Part shown: piece after piece, positions 19,021 to 29,399 of the stretch
How the letters are laid out: every line of letters starts with the position of its first letter
How positions within the stretch are numbered: position 1 is the stretch's first letter
Source: a virus
Taxonomy: Duplodnaviria; Caudoviricetes
Direction: 5' to 3' (one strand)
Virus record (IMG/VR): IMGVR_UViG_3300042934_000561
Span: 1 to 59,107 of that record
Length of the DNA stretch: 59,107 nt
The notes under the pieces: generated by a model
What the model was told of the DNA's origin: nothing
Databases searched by the model: none
What the model saw: the letters and a program-made list of their open reading frames with translations, nothing else
Position numbers and translations under genes: made by a program

Positions 19021-22000
19021 CTATCCTCTAGTATTTGGATTAACTATTCCCCTTCGATCGCTACTAGTTACATGTTGTCCTAATGATGTTTGAACTAATG
19101 ACAATATGTTTTGAACGTCCTCTTGTGTTTGGGGGGCGTCTATTTTAAATACAAATTCAGCGCTTCCAATCTCAATGGATTTGCTGTCGCTGTCCTGAGT
19201 CATGTAATCATAATAAGTCATTGCCTTAACGAAGCTCGGCTTATTGAATTCTCCAAATTGATCAGTATTCTTTTTAATATCTAATAAAATCTGATTAGCT
19301 TCCTTATTTAAATTAATCATTTGAAGCGTAGCATCTAATTGAGATTTACTGTCTAACTTAGGAATAAGAGATTGAAGTTCTCTAGCCTCAGCTAACAACC
19401 TATCTCTAATACCCATGTTCATACTTTTTTGGTCTTGTATGTACTTAGTAGATTGAGTATCATAGTTGTTTAATTGATTTTCTTGCAACGCCAAATCTCT
19501 TTTTGCTTCCTCTATATTGTTTTGAACATCCCATTTTTCATGAAACGCTCCAAGAGCATCCTTATTTAGTCTATCGTCTATTTCTAAAGCTAGGTTATTA
19601 GCTTCTTTTTGAAGATCGGATATTTGTTTTCTAGCTTGCCAAGTATCTTCATCGCTTAAAACTTGAGAGTTAAGTAATTTATTTAATCCTTCAATTTCAT
19701 CTAAAATGATAGCCCGAACTTGCTTACTTTGATCTGTTCTAGCATTTTTATACGACTGCGACCCTTCGTAATTACCTTGCATCTGCTGTCTTTGTAACTC
19801 GATTTCCTTCTGAGTTTCAGCCATTTGACGCCTACGTTCCCATTCATCATTAAATGATTGAAGAGCGCTTTTTCCATTTTTGGATTCTTCGGTAATGCTA
19901 TCCATTTTAAGTTTTGCTTTATTGATTTCATTTTTAATAGTTTCTTCGTTATTATTAATTCTTTCCATAGTGTCTAACTGGTCTCGATACAAATTAATAT
20001 TGTCCGCAATTCCTCCAAGATCCAATTTAAAGAATTCCCTAATTGACTCTTGATACTCATGCAACTTTCCAGTAATTATAGCGTCCCCATCACTTCTTAA
20101 CTGTTCAACAGCATCTGTAATATCTGAAACTTTTATATCATCATCATTTTTCATAATATCAGTAATTCTTTGAATCTTAGATCCTTCTGCTCTTGCTAAC
20201 GCCGACATTCTCATACTGCTATTACTTGACTGAATGGCCTCAAGTTCATTTAAAACTTGATTTCCAATTTCTCGAACAGCATCGTCTCGTTGTTTAATCA
20301 TGTCTTTATATTCTTCGTTCTCAGTTCCATTATTACGTTTTTTAATTTCATTAAGATTAACCTGATATGCATTTTTAATATTTTCTAGTTCAATATCGCC
20401 ATTTGATTGAATTTCACTAGCTCTAGTAGCTACTCCTTCATCTTCCATTAAGTAATTATTGTTAGTTTTTTCTTCTCGATCTTTTTGCTTTAAAAAGATT
20501 TGCCAATCTACTTGATCAGTTCCTTCTATAAAAAACTTTCTTTGAATTGCCTCGTTTTTTAATGCCTCCAATTTCTGAGAATTTTGAACCGTATCAAATA
20601 ACTTGTTATTGTCTACTTGCATTCCATTTATAGTAATTTGTTTATCGGTTGAATTTTGTGCGGCGAGATTATAAGATTCTTTTATTTTATTAATTCCAAG
20701 AACATCCGAAAGTCCTGCAATATCAGTTATTCCCCCTAATAAGTTAAAGAAAGAAGCTCCTGCTATTCCAACTCCTCTATTAGCATTTGATGCAAATCTT
20801 ATATTACTATTATTCCGAATTATTTGTTGTTCAGATTTAGCTGATTCTGCTCTTGCCGCTTGAATTTCTTTTTCTTTTTGATAGGCAATGTCTAATTTAC
20901 GGGAACGTATGTTATCTTCTATAGCTTTAGTATTTTCATCAAATGCACTTGTGTTATCAGTAATGGATCCTTTCTGATCCATTAAAGTTTTAACAAGTTC
21001 TGGAGCTATATTAAGTAACTGTCTATTAGCCTGAGTTAACTGTTCCTGTGCGGAAGATAATCGATGTACTGCATCTGCACTAGAATGTAATGCATTGTTA
21101 TAAGCATCTAAGGCAGCCTTATCTTTTGGACTGGATTCTGATACTGACTTTGCACTTTCGACCTCAGCTTTAGTCTGTTCTACTGCATTAGTGTAATATT
21201 CTATTTGAGCTCGAGCAGTTTGTCTTTGTAAATTAATTTCTGCTAATCTATTAACTTCGGTACCTCTTTCACTAGCAATACGCTCGTAATCTTCCGAAGT
21301 ATATTTAGATTCCGGACTTTCGACTGCCTGTCGGATGCTTCCTACTAATACATTTACGATCGGCAAGACTAATGCCGCGATTCCTAATGTATTTGTAATT
21401 CCTGCTCCAATTCCTGCAAGGCCCGCTTCCGCTCCAGCTCCGGAAAGAGCGCTTTTTGCTAACTTAACGGAAGTTGCAACTCCAGTAGCCTGAGCTATAT
21501 TACTTGCCTGGTTAGATGCATTAGTATAATTTTTCTGAGCAAATTTAACTCCTCTAGCTTGAATATTACCCGCGGCTACTGCATCAGCAACGGCAGTTTC
21601 ATCTGCATAATGAAGCCCAAGTTTTCTCATCGCTACAACTCTGGATAGTGTGTCGTACAGCCTATTTGACGCGCTATTTTCTAAAATAGTAGCTTCTCCA
21701 GACTGAGCAATTAATTGTTTTTGTATAGTTAGTTGAGTATTTACTTTTTTCCAGTTTGACTGTAGAGTATCGAAGCCTTTAAAAAATGCTTGAGTAATTT
21801 TAATACCAGTTAATAATTTTACATATGTTGCAATTTCCGGTAAAAACTTTGCGAATAACAAAATTACTTCCTTTAATCCGGATCCAAGAGGTGATATAAA
21901 ATCTTTCAAAGTATTAAAAGCCTTATTAAAATTAGAAATAATCTGTTGAAATTCTGGACTATCTCTAAATTCTTGAATTTGTTTTTTCCACTTTTGTAAA

Positions 22001-24741
22001 GCGGCACTAAATTGATTAAATATTCCGCCTCCAAGATCTATTCCAATTTGCTGGAAATAGTCAGTTATTGTCGAAATAGAACCAGCTACAGTGTTTCCTA
22101 ATACCTCAGTCATTCCTCCGTATCGTTGACTAACAATTCTTTGTAATGCCTCAAGCATTTCATCTGTATTTCCAAGATACGTATTATTTTTACTAAATTG
22201 CAACCCCTGAGCTCTAAAGTCTGATAATGATATACCTAACTGTCTAAGTCGTATCATAGCTTTACCAAAGTCTCCAGAGTTTATACGAGTTATAACATCA
22301 ATAACATCATTTAATTCAATTCCTTGAGGCTGTTTAGCCGCGGCTAGATCACCCGCAGTTCTTATCCATTTATCAACATCCATACGATTTGCAGACAATG
22401 TTTCTCCAGCTCTAAAAGTTTCAGTTTCTTGGAAGGCTGTTAATGCCGCGTAGCTTCTTAAACTTTGAATAGATTTTTCAGCCTTTTCTGTGCTGTGCAT
22501 AGTAACTTCCATGGATTTTTGTAAAGTTTCTATTTGAGCGTTAGTTCCAATTAACCAATCGTATACCTTTTTTCCACCCGCTAAAGCCATTACTCCTTCT
22601 AAAGCGTATCTAACTCCATATAGTTTAGATTGAAAACTGGTAAGTTGATTAATTACTCCTTCGCCACCTCTATTAAACGCTGAATAAAATTGATTTGTTG
22701 GGTTAATTAAGTCTTCTTTAATTTTTTGACCAGTGTCGCTAAAAGACTTATCAAACAGCGATTTTCCAGACTCGAACGTAGCATTAGATTTTTGTTTTTC
22801 AATTTCTAAGCTTTCTCTTTGGCTGTTATTTAAAAGATTATATTTACCTAGTAATGCCTCGAGTTCTGAAATTTGTTTTTGAACTAATTTCAGCTTTTCT
22901 TCCATTAAGCCATTGTCTTCTCCATCAATCTTATAAGCTTTTAACTTAACGTTAGATTCCTCTTTTATTAGCGCTATTAACTTGTTATACATAGTATTTA
23001 CATTGCTTAAACCTTCTTGCCCTGCTTTATTTTTTATGTTACTATTAATAGCATCCCATATATTATTAGCACTAGAACGATTGAAATTTGTTGGGGCGGT
23101 TTTTGAATTCCTTAATGAATTTACGAACGAATCGATCTGACTTTTTATTTCTGGAGTATCTAAAAATGAACCATAATTACGTTTCATTTCATTTAATTTA
23201 TTTTGAATACTCACTAAATAATTTTCTATCTCAGAAAGTTTTTTCTTTTCTAATTCTAGCTGACTGTTAGCTAATTTTATATCGTCAGCTTCCTGTCTAT
23301 CCAATGCACGAGCTCCAGCTTCTAAAGGTTTATTACTTATCTCATTTTTAAAGGAATCCAACTCACTTCTCTGATTGATGGATAATTTTAATCTTTGTTT
23401 AGCTAAATCTGAAGATATTGTTTTGTACTCGTCATTGAGCTGAGTTTTTAAATTAGCTCCAGGATTTTTAGCCAGCTCAGTTTCTAAACGAATTAACTCC
23501 TTTACCAAATCAACTGATTTTTTAAACTCAGCGTTCTGTTGCTTTAAATCTTCTGATCTACTTTTGTCGTTACTTACAGAGTCCAATTTGGCTTGTAAGT
23601 CATTCTTATTAGAAAAAGCCTTTGCAACGCTATCAAATCCAACTCCAGAAAGTAGTGCTTTTTCCTGTTCTTCTAATCTAAATATTTTTTCGTTATTATA
23701 CTTTTTGATGTTTTCATCACTATTTAAATTTTGCTCTTTAAGTTTAAAGATTCTGTCTTGTATTTTATAAACCTTTTCTAGCTCCTGCTGTTCCTCTTTA
23801 GCCTGTTGCTTTCGCATGTTGTATCGAATAGTCGACTCCTGCTGTAACACTCTGTCTCGTTCTAATTCATCAGATTTAGTCATAGGAGAGCCGTCATCAG
23901 TTTCCTTTGGAGAAATATCGTCAAACCCAGTCTTGGAATTATTTTGGAATGTAATGGATTCTCCGTCACTGGATAATTTATTAATTGTCTCAGAAAGAAA
24001 CTGATTTTTTAAATTAACCAAATTGACTATATCTTGAAATCCAGTAACAATTTTTCCTACCATATCGTTTTCTGCTGTCAGTAATGCTAGTTCCTGCTGT
24101 AATTCTGGAATAGTTTGATATAGGATTCCTTTTTTTGTATTGCCCGAAGAATTTAATTTTTCTTCTAACATTAAGGAAGACTGCATATCAGCCTGAATGG
24201 ATTGTTGTTTCTTTTTTCGGGACACTTGTTTGATTGCAGTTAATTCTTCGTCAGCCTGTTTATTTTGAAAATCCACAATTTCTTTTTTCTTTTTAGAAGC
24301 TTTAATTTCTTGATTTTCAATTTCAGAAGAAACTTTCTTTAAAGCTTCATTTTCCTTAACCTGTGGAAGAGCATTAGCTAATGATGCTTTTAATAATACT
24401 AGCATATCAGTTAACACCTTGGTATCGAGCTTGATAGCGTTTGAATCGATTGTAACTCCAGAAGTACTGCTTCCGTCTGTAGAAATTTTAGAAATATTTT
24501 TAGCATCTCGGTTTACGTTATTTATTTGAGTAGTTAAATTTTTAATTCCTTTTGAAGAGGAAAGAACAGTATCCAAAGTTTTCGACATATCAATCAATTT
24601 TGAAAATGAGGTAGCTAGATTATCAACTTGAGATTTCAGTTCTGGGATATCTGAATACTTTTCTAAAGAGCTAGAAATCTTTTTAAACTGTTGTTCAATA
24701 TCGCTAAAATCGGTTCTGACTTTAAGGGTCAACTCGTCCAT
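19021..24741 (-). CDS. Tape measure protein
   Basis: 1906 aa, coiled-coil/helical; NAQIETLQKSMEV..AEKSIQSLRSYAALTAF tape-measure domain; follows the chaperone genes. Confidence 0.9.
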   Translation of the reverse strand: MDELTLKVRTDFSDIEQQFKKISSSLEKYSDIPELKSQVDNLATSFSKLIDMSKTLDTVLSSSKGIKNLTTQINNVNRDAKNISKISTDGSSTSGVTIDSNAIKLDTKVLTDMLVLLKASLANALPQVKENEALKKVSSEIENQEIKASKKKKEIVDFQNKQADEELTAIKQVSRKKKQQSIQADMQSSLMLEEKLNSSGNTKKGILYQTIPELQQELALLTAENDMVGKIVTGFQDIVNLVNLKNQFLSETINKLSSDGESITFQNNSKTGFDDISPKETDDGSPMTKSDELERDRVLQQESTIRYNMRKQQAKEEQQELEKVYKIQDRIFKLKEQNLNSDENIKKYNNEKIFRLEEQEKALLSGVGFDSVAKAFSNKNDLQAKLDSVSNDKSRSEDLKQQNAEFKKSVDLVKELIRLETELAKNPGANLKTQLNDEYKTISSDLAKQRLKLSINQRSELDSFKNEISNKPLEAGARALDRQEADDIKLANSQLELEKKKLSEIENYLVSIQNKLNEMKRNYGSFLDTPEIKSQIDSFVNSLRNSKTAPTNFNRSSANNIWDAINSNIKNKAGQEGLSNVNTMYNKLIALIKEESNVKLKAYKIDGEDNGLMEEKLKLVQKQISELEALLGKYNLLNNSQRESLEIEKQKSNATFESGKSLFDKSFSDTGQKIKEDLINPTNQFYSAFNRGGEGVINQLTSFQSKLYGVRYALEGVMALAGGKKVYDWLIGTNAQIETLQKSMEVTMHSTEKAEKSIQSLRSYAALTAFQETETFRAGETLSANRMDVDKWIRTAGDLAAAKQPQGIELNDVIDVITRINSGDFGKAMIRLRQLGISLSDFRAQGLQFSKNNTYLGNTDEMLEALQRIVSQRYGGMTEVLGNTVAGSISTITDYFQQIGIDLGGGIFNQFSAALQKWKKQIQEFRDSPEFQQIISNFNKAFNTLKDFISPLGSGLKEVILLFAKFLPEIATYVKLLTGIKITQAFFKGFDTLQSNWKKVNTQLTIQKQLIAQSGEATILENSASNRLYDTLSRVVAMRKLGLHYADETAVADAVAAGNIQARGVKFAQKNYTNASNQASNIAQATGVATSVKLAKSALSGAGAEAGLAGIGAGITNTLGIAALVLPIVNVLVGSIRQAVESPESKYTSEDYERIASERGTEVNRLAEINLQRQTARAQIEYYTNAVEQTKAEVESAKSVSESSPKDKAALDAYNNALHSSADAVHRLSSAQEQLTQANRQLLNIAPELVKTLMDQKGSITDNTSAFDENTKAIEDNIRSRKLDIAYQKEKEIQAARAESAKSEQQIIRNNSNIRFASNANRGVGIAGASFFNLLGGITDIAGLSDVLGINKIKESYNLAAQNSTDKQITINGMQVDNNKLFDTVQNSQKLEALKNEAIQRKFFIEGTDQVDWQIFLKQKDREEKTNNNYLMEDEGVATRASEIQSNGDIELENIKNAYQVNLNEIKKRNNGTENEEYKDMIKQRDDAVREIGNQVLNELEAIQSSNSSMRMSALARAEGSKIQRITDIMKNDDDIKVSDITDAVEQLRSDGDAIITGKLHEYQESIREFFKLDLGGIADNINLYRDQLDTMERINNNEETIKNEINKAKLKMDSITEESKNGKSALQSFNDEWERRRQMAETQKEIELQRQQMQGNYEGSQSYKNARTDQSKQVRAIILDEIEGLNKLLNSQVLSDEDTWQARKQISDLQKEANNLALEIDDRLNKDALGAFHEKWDVQNNIEEAKRDLALQENQLNNYDTQSTKYIQDQKSMNMGIRDRLLAEARELQSLIPKLDSKSQLDATLQMINLNKEANQILLDIKKNTDQFGEFNKPSFVKAMTYYDYMTQDSDSKSIEIGSAEFVFKIDAPQTQEDVQNILSLVQTSLGQHVTSSDRRGIVNPNTRG

Positions 24742-24751
24742 TTATACCACC

Positions 24752-25186
24752 TCACCTTTTATTGTTACTTAAAGCTTGTTTTAATGCGTTAAGCCTAGCA
24801 TAATCTGGAAGATCATCATCAAGCTTAGCGTTATTTATCTGAATTTGAATATTTTGAAGTTTCTCAATAGCAGAGACAAACGAGTCTCTAAGTTTTTCTG
24901 GGTCGCCGTGTTGAATGTGTATTAAATCCACGTGATTTTTATAGTATTCAAGTTTTTTAGATAGTACCTCATCTTTCCTTTCAAATGCCAAGAACTTTAA
25001 CAATATTATAACTTCTTCTGGATACGCTTCGTCTACTTCGTGTTTGCTCCATTTATATTCTTTACACAAAGTATGAATCATATAAGTCAACCACTGATCT
25101 TGTTTTAACTGATGGAACTCGGGATCCTCAATTGAATTATTTTCCTCAAATGAGCCTATTTGCTTATCTGAAGACCCCTCAACATG
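24752..25186 (-). CDS. Tail assembly chaperone C-terminal (gpT-like) frame, reached by -1 frameshift
   Basis: The -1 frame is open from A AAA AAC at 25192-25186 into the 24752..25090 ORF. Confidence 0.8.
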   Translation of the reverse strand, partial: HVEGSSDKQIGSFEENNSIEDPEFHQLKQDQWLTYMIHTLCKEYKWSKHEVDEAYPEEVIILLKFLAFERKDEVLSKKLEYYKNHVDLIHIQHGDPEKLRDSFVSAIEKLQNIQIQINNAKLDDDLPDYARLNALKQALSNNKR

Positions 25187-25605
25187 TTTTTTATTTCTTC
25201 TCCAAATTTTTGAAGCTTATTAACTTCAACCACAGTTTTTAAAATATAGAGAGCGTCATCAAGCCCAACTTCCTCGCATATATACTCATATCCAAGATCT
25301 GGAACACATATATCAATTAGTTTTATAACTTGCATAATATTTTGATCAATCATGTTAGTAAGAGTTTCTGCAATTTTAGCACCTCTTTGGGATATCGGAA
25401 TAGCCTCATTCTTATCTAGTAAGATAACATCCTCTTCCGTTACTAATTGACGAATTAAATCTAATGATGTAGTAATTAACCCTCTAACACTATTAGTCAT
25501 TATAGTATATTTAATCAGCCCTAATTTTTTTACCATGACAGGTTTATCATTAATTGTTATTACTTTTGAATTACCTATTGATGCGCTGTTTGTATTTTGT
25601 TCCAT
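25156..25605 (-). CDS. Tail assembly chaperone (gpG-like)
   Basis: Lies between tail tube and TMP; GGAGGG RBS before ATG 25605; slippery site near the 3' end. Confidence 0.8.
   Translation of the reverse strand: MEQNTNSASIGNSKVITINDKPVMVKKLGLIKYTIMTNSVRGLITTSLDLIRQLVTEEDVILLDKNEAIPISQRGAKIAETLTNMIDQNIMQVIKLIDICVPDLGYEYICEEVGLDDALYILKTVVEVNKLQKFGEEIKNMLRGLQISK
25186..25192 (-). other. Programmed -1 ribosomal frameshift heptamer A AAA AAC
   Basis: X XXY YYZ pattern in the correct phase; joins the two chaperone ORFs. Confidence 0.8.
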
Positions 25606-25696
25606 AGTGTTTATCCCTCCAATATAAATTAACATATAGACAAGTTGAGTATTCATTAATATTTTACAATTATTTTATTAATTTTAAATATAATAT

Positions 25697-25725
25697 AAAG
25701 GGAGTAGGACTTGCCTACCCCCTCC
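25697..25725 (-). terminator. Hairpin/terminator after the tail tube gene
   Basis: GGGGGTAGG..CCTACTCCC followed by TTT. Confidence 0.55.
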
Positions 25726-25730
25726 ATTAA

Positions 25731-26708
25731 TTAGACGGTTACTCTTACAGTAATAACATGGTTCCTATTAGCCCAACTAATGCTTATTGCAGTTGTAATA
25801 ATATCTCCTGCTACGATAGCGGAGCCTCCTGCTGTATACGAGGTTAAAACCGCAGTACTTTTTGAAGTAATTAACCCGTTTAAAGCTGAAAGCGCTGAAG
25901 TTGGATTTCCACTGCCATCAATTAAAGTATTTCCATTAATAGCTGAAATTTGTGGAGCATAAGTTGCCTTATTAGTAACATCGTATAACACAGTATTATA
26001 GGTACAATTTAAAGCAACCGAAGTAGTATTGGCATGTGGAGGAGTTTCTGCTGGGTCAGCTGTTCCGTATATCATAGGAATTACTGTAGGCGAAACTACA
26101 AAATCTCCTCCAATGTTTTTAATTAAAGCCTCTAGGTTGGATAAATCCGGAAGTAATACTGTAAGTTGAGTAGAGGAGTCTCCAATCTCGAATAAAAATG
26201 ATCCGTTATTGTTTCCACGTTTAACTAATCCGTTAAATTCACAATTGTACAAAGTTTCGTCTTCAAGCTTATAATTAAGTTGTAGAGCAGATTTATTTAC
26301 TGCCTTGTAAATAGTTACATCCTCCAAAGTACTAGTTCCGTTAGCTATAGGATGTAATCTAAGTTTTCCTCCAGTGTCTCCAAGTCTAAATCCTGGAAAT
26401 CTACCAAAAGTAAGCTTTTTAGTGGCATTGTCCCAAGTAGCAGTATGAGCAAACAATTTAAGCTTAGCCATATCAGTTTCAGCTAGTGGAATTTTAGCTA
26501 AAACAGCCTCTCCTATTAACACAGAATCTACTGGAGTTTTTCCATATTGATCTACTGTTAAATCGTGATACTCAGGAGTATATGTTAATTCTACTCCACC
26601 TTTAGTTAGTCCCAAAAATAGCTCTCCTGGATTTGGAACTGAAGTTGTTGCGGCAGGAGTCCAATAACAATCGCATACACCTATTTTGATTCCATCAAAA
26701 TCACCCAT
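25731..26708 (-). CDS. Major tail tube protein with C-terminal extension
   Basis: LGLTKGGVELTYTPEYHDLTVDQYG motif; position in the tail module. Confidence 0.85.
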   Translation of the reverse strand: MGDFDGIKIGVCDCYWTPAATTSVPNPGELFLGLTKGGVELTYTPEYHDLTVDQYGKTPVDSVLIGEAVLAKIPLAETDMAKLKLFAHTATWDNATKKLTFGRFPGFRLGDTGGKLRLHPIANGTSTLEDVTIYKAVNKSALQLNYKLEDETLYNCEFNGLVKRGNNNGSFLFEIGDSSTQLTVLLPDLSNLEALIKNIGGDFVVSPTVIPMIYGTADPAETPPHANTTSVALNCTYNTVLYDVTNKATYAPQISAINGNTLIDGSGNPTSALSALNGLITSKSTAVLTSYTAGGSAIVAGDIITTAISISWANRNHVITVRVTV

Positions 26709-26710
26709 AA

Positions 26711-26959
26711 TTATTTACCTCCTTTAGTAAGAGATTCCACTTTTTCTGAAATCTCCTTTCTTTTTTTAGATTCACTTTCCAATTTTTTAGTAACTGTAGA
26801 TAAAGATAAATCAGTATATTCTACAGCATAGCCTCCACTCATAGCAACTAATGCAACATCCACTGGTAATTCAGCTATCATTCCGTCACGATAAACTATT
26901 CCTTCGTGACGAAAATCTGAAGATGGTCCAAGACCATTGAAAACAATCTTAGTAGTCAT
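26711..26959 (-). CDS. Small neck/tail-region protein
   Basis: GGAGG RBS before ATG 26959. Confidence 0.55.
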   Translation of the reverse strand: MTTKIVFNGLGPSSDFRHEGIVYRDGMIAELPVDVALVAMSGGYAVEYTDLSLSTVTKKLESESKKRKEISEKVESLTKGGK

Positions 26960-26972
26960 TTCACAAACCTCC

Positions 26973-27470
26973 TTATTTTTTAGTATTAATGAAGTAAACG
27001 ACATAGTTAATGTCAGTCACTATCACTGGTAATTTTAAATTTTTAAATACTTGATTTTGATCACTATTTATACCAATATGCGGTGTTCTTGTTTCTAGTA
27101 TTCTTCCATCTGGTATAATTATATTCTTTAAAGTTATATCTTCCATAAGAGTATCTGCGATTAATTCAGATTCTTTAATAGAAGATTGCTTAACATCGTA
27201 TTCATATGCTATATCATAATATTTTAAATAAGTTATGGTAAATTCATAAGCGCTTGCGCTTACAGTACTTCCAATATGAACATGATTAAATACATCAGTT
27301 ATATCAACTAAAACAGCTGGCATAAATTCTGGGTATTGTTCAGGAGCTGGTAATAAGCTTAAATCTCCCTTAGTTATAGTTTTTATAAACCCTAAAGATG
27401 GAGTTTGTTCTAGAAGATTTATTATTAAGTCACTTATAGTGTTTGCAAAGATTCTTCTTCTAACAGACAA
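26973..27470 (-). CDS. Tail terminator/completion protein
   Basis: Synteny; P-A-V-L-V pattern (FMPAVLVD). Confidence 0.55.
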   Translation of the reverse strand: MSVRRRIFANTISDLIINLLEQTPSLGFIKTITKGDLSLLPAPEQYPEFMPAVLVDITDVFNHVHIGSTVSASAYEFTITYLKYYDIAYEYDVKQSSIKESELIADTLMEDITLKNIIIPDGRILETRTPHIGINSDQNQVFKNLKLPVIVTDINYVVYFINTKK

Positions 27471-27483
27471 TTAGTTTCCCCTC

Positions 27484-28029
27484 CTATAACTGGGATAGTT
27501 TATACATAAGCTGTTTTAATACTTGATTTTGTATTTGTAGAACGTCTCTGTAATGGCTTCGTACACTTACACGTAGAGCACGGGTTTTATACTTTCTTCC
27601 ATCTAAGGTATATCTAGGATTCGGAACATAATAAGCCCCACCCTCTTCAGATATAATACCTCGTTTTAAACCCCACTCTGCTAATTCTGGATGAGCTTTT
27701 AAAGAAACCCAATGAAGCTTAGTTCCGTATAACCAAAACCTTAAAAAATCATGAACATTTCCAAACTCTGATTTACGAAGTATTCCAGCAGTTAATTCAA
27801 TTCCATGTTTAGATGTAGTAGTGCTATAACGAAAAACTTTGTTCAGCTCTCCAAATCCTAATGACGGAATTTTTTCTGCCAGTAGCTTTTTATACATATC
27901 GCCAGCCTGCTTGTACATATCTCTAACCACTTTTTGCTTAGTTTCTATGTACTTACCAATCTCTTGCTGAACTTGATCATGATTTACTCTTAGCCTGACA
28001 TCTAATCTACCGGAATTGTTAGATGGCAT
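27484..28029 (-). CDS. Tail completion protein (HK97 gp10-like)
   Basis: Synteny; basic protein; YGT motif. Confidence 0.5.
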   Translation of the reverse strand: MPSNNSGRLDVRLRVNHDQVQQEIGKYIETKQKVVRDMYKQAGDMYKKLLAEKIPSLGFGELNKVFRYSTTTSKHGIELTAGILRKSEFGNVHDFLRFWLYGTKLHWVSLKAHPELAEWGLKRGIISEEGGAYYVPNPRYTLDGRKYKTRALRVSVRSHYRDVLQIQNQVLKQLMYKLSQL

Positions 28030-28030
28030 A

Positions 28031-28351
28031 TTATATCACCTCAGCTAAAGAACATTCTATATGATGCTTGGATCCTCCTGCCCATATTGGATTTTCAGTA
28101 AGCTCGTATACCACATTATGATTTTCGTCAATGATTCTAAATCCACGGGCTAACGGCTTAGGGATCTTATCAAGATGCTTTTTTAAAACATGAAGCTTTA
28201 ACAAAGAACCAGTTGATCCTGTTCTTCCAATATGACAGGGAAAATGTTTTATTAAATCTCCAAATCCAACTGTGGGTTGTTTAGTTCCTGGTTTGTAAGT
28301 AATTCCATTATCCTGTACAGTAACTAAGTGAGTTTCAAACAAACTGGACAT
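28031..28351 (-). CDS. Head closure/stopper protein
   Basis: Synteny; ends in HHIECSL. Confidence 0.55.
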   Translation of the reverse strand: MSSLFETHLVTVQDNGITYKPGTKQPTVGFGDLIKHFPCHIGRTGSTGSLLKLHVLKKHLDKIPKPLARGFRIIDENHNVVYELTENPIWAGGSKHHIECSLAEVI

Positions 28352-28962
28352 TATATCACTCCTATATCGAAATCGGATATTTTGAAATCATCTAGGATCA
28401 TATCTAACGTAGAATCTCCAGTGCTTTCGATTTTGTTACCAGTAACAAGATTAAACGAAGTTTTTAACTCATAACTATAATCTCCAATGTCTTCTTTCTT
28501 ATATGGACCAGTTATGCGTTTTAAAGCTTCCTCGTCTCCCAAAGTTTCAAAGTTTCTATTACACAAGGATATTAAAACATTTTTAATCTTTTCTGGAACA
28601 GCTTCCCATCCCCAGTCACCAATAATTTGAATATTTTCTATATCTGCGTCAAATATATCATCCCTACAATATATCTCTCGATTGTTAGATTTCAGCTTAG
28701 CTGTAGTATATACAACGTTATTTATAACATCTTTAATCTCGATAAGATTATATAATCTTTTTGGAAGGGGCAGAGTTTTTTTACCTTCCCCATCAACTAT
28801 TTTTGTAACATTAAGATAGCTATAAAAATCAGTTCCCGTATATCCATCAATTATTGCGGAACAGTAATCGATCAAAAATTGAATTCTAACATGGTCATTA
28901 CAATTAAGTATTTCAGAAGTAACTCCACCTTGCTTTAATTCTTCTATGGTTAAATATCCCAT
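28351..28962 (-). CDS. Head-tail adaptor (gp15/gp6-like)
   Basis: YLTIEELK start, GW..VPEKIK, EDIGDYSY. Confidence 0.75.
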   Translation of the reverse strand: MGYLTIEELKQGGVTSEILNCNDHVRIQFLIDYCSAIIDGYTGTDFYSYLNVTKIVDGEGKKTLPLPKRLYNLIEIKDVINNVVYTTAKLKSNNREIYCRDDIFDADIENIQIIGDWGWEAVPEKIKNVLISLCNRNFETLGDEEALKRITGPYKKEDIGDYSYELKTSFNLVTGNKIESTGDSTLDMILDDFKISDFDIGVI

Positions 28963-28966
28963 AATA

Positions 28967-29323
28967 TCACTCCTTTGGAGCTAAAATCCTATCTATTAAT
29001 TCTTCCTTTTTTCCATCTGTACTTAAACCAGCGTTTTCACACATTTCCTTTAATTGTTCAGCAGTTAACTTCATTAGTTTCTTTCTCTTATCAGCGTTTA
29101 AATCCTCTACAGGTGTTTCTGGAGTTACTTGCTGTACTGGATCTCCTGAACTAACTTTCTCTACAATAAGTTCTTCTTTTATAGGAACCACGTTATAATC
29201 TTTATTATTTAAAAAAGGCTTAACAGATTCGTTATCTAAAATCACTGATCTACGAAGTGTAGTAAACTTCTGTCCATGCTCGTATAAAGTTCCACACGAT
29301 CCAATATAACTTACTAAATTCAT
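28967..29323 (-). CDS. SAP/HeH (Rho-N-like) domain protein
   Basis: LTAEQLKEMCENAGLSTDGKKEELIDRI; RBS before ATG 29323. Confidence 0.75.
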   Translation of the reverse strand: MNLVSYIGSCGTLYEHGQKFTTLRRSVILDNESVKPFLNNKDYNVVPIKEELIVEKVSSGDPVQQVTPETPVEDLNADKRKKLMKLTAEQLKEMCENAGLSTDGKKEELIDRILAPKE

Positions 29324-29346
29324 AAAAACTCTCCTTTCTATATTAG

Positions 29347-29384
29347 TATGGGGTATCAACTATTTTAAGTGGATACCCCATTAC
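29347..29384 (-). terminator. Stem-loop after the capsid gene
   Basis: ATGGGGTATC...GATACCCCAT inverted repeat. Confidence 0.55.
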
Positions 29385-29399
29385 TGATAGATTATGATA

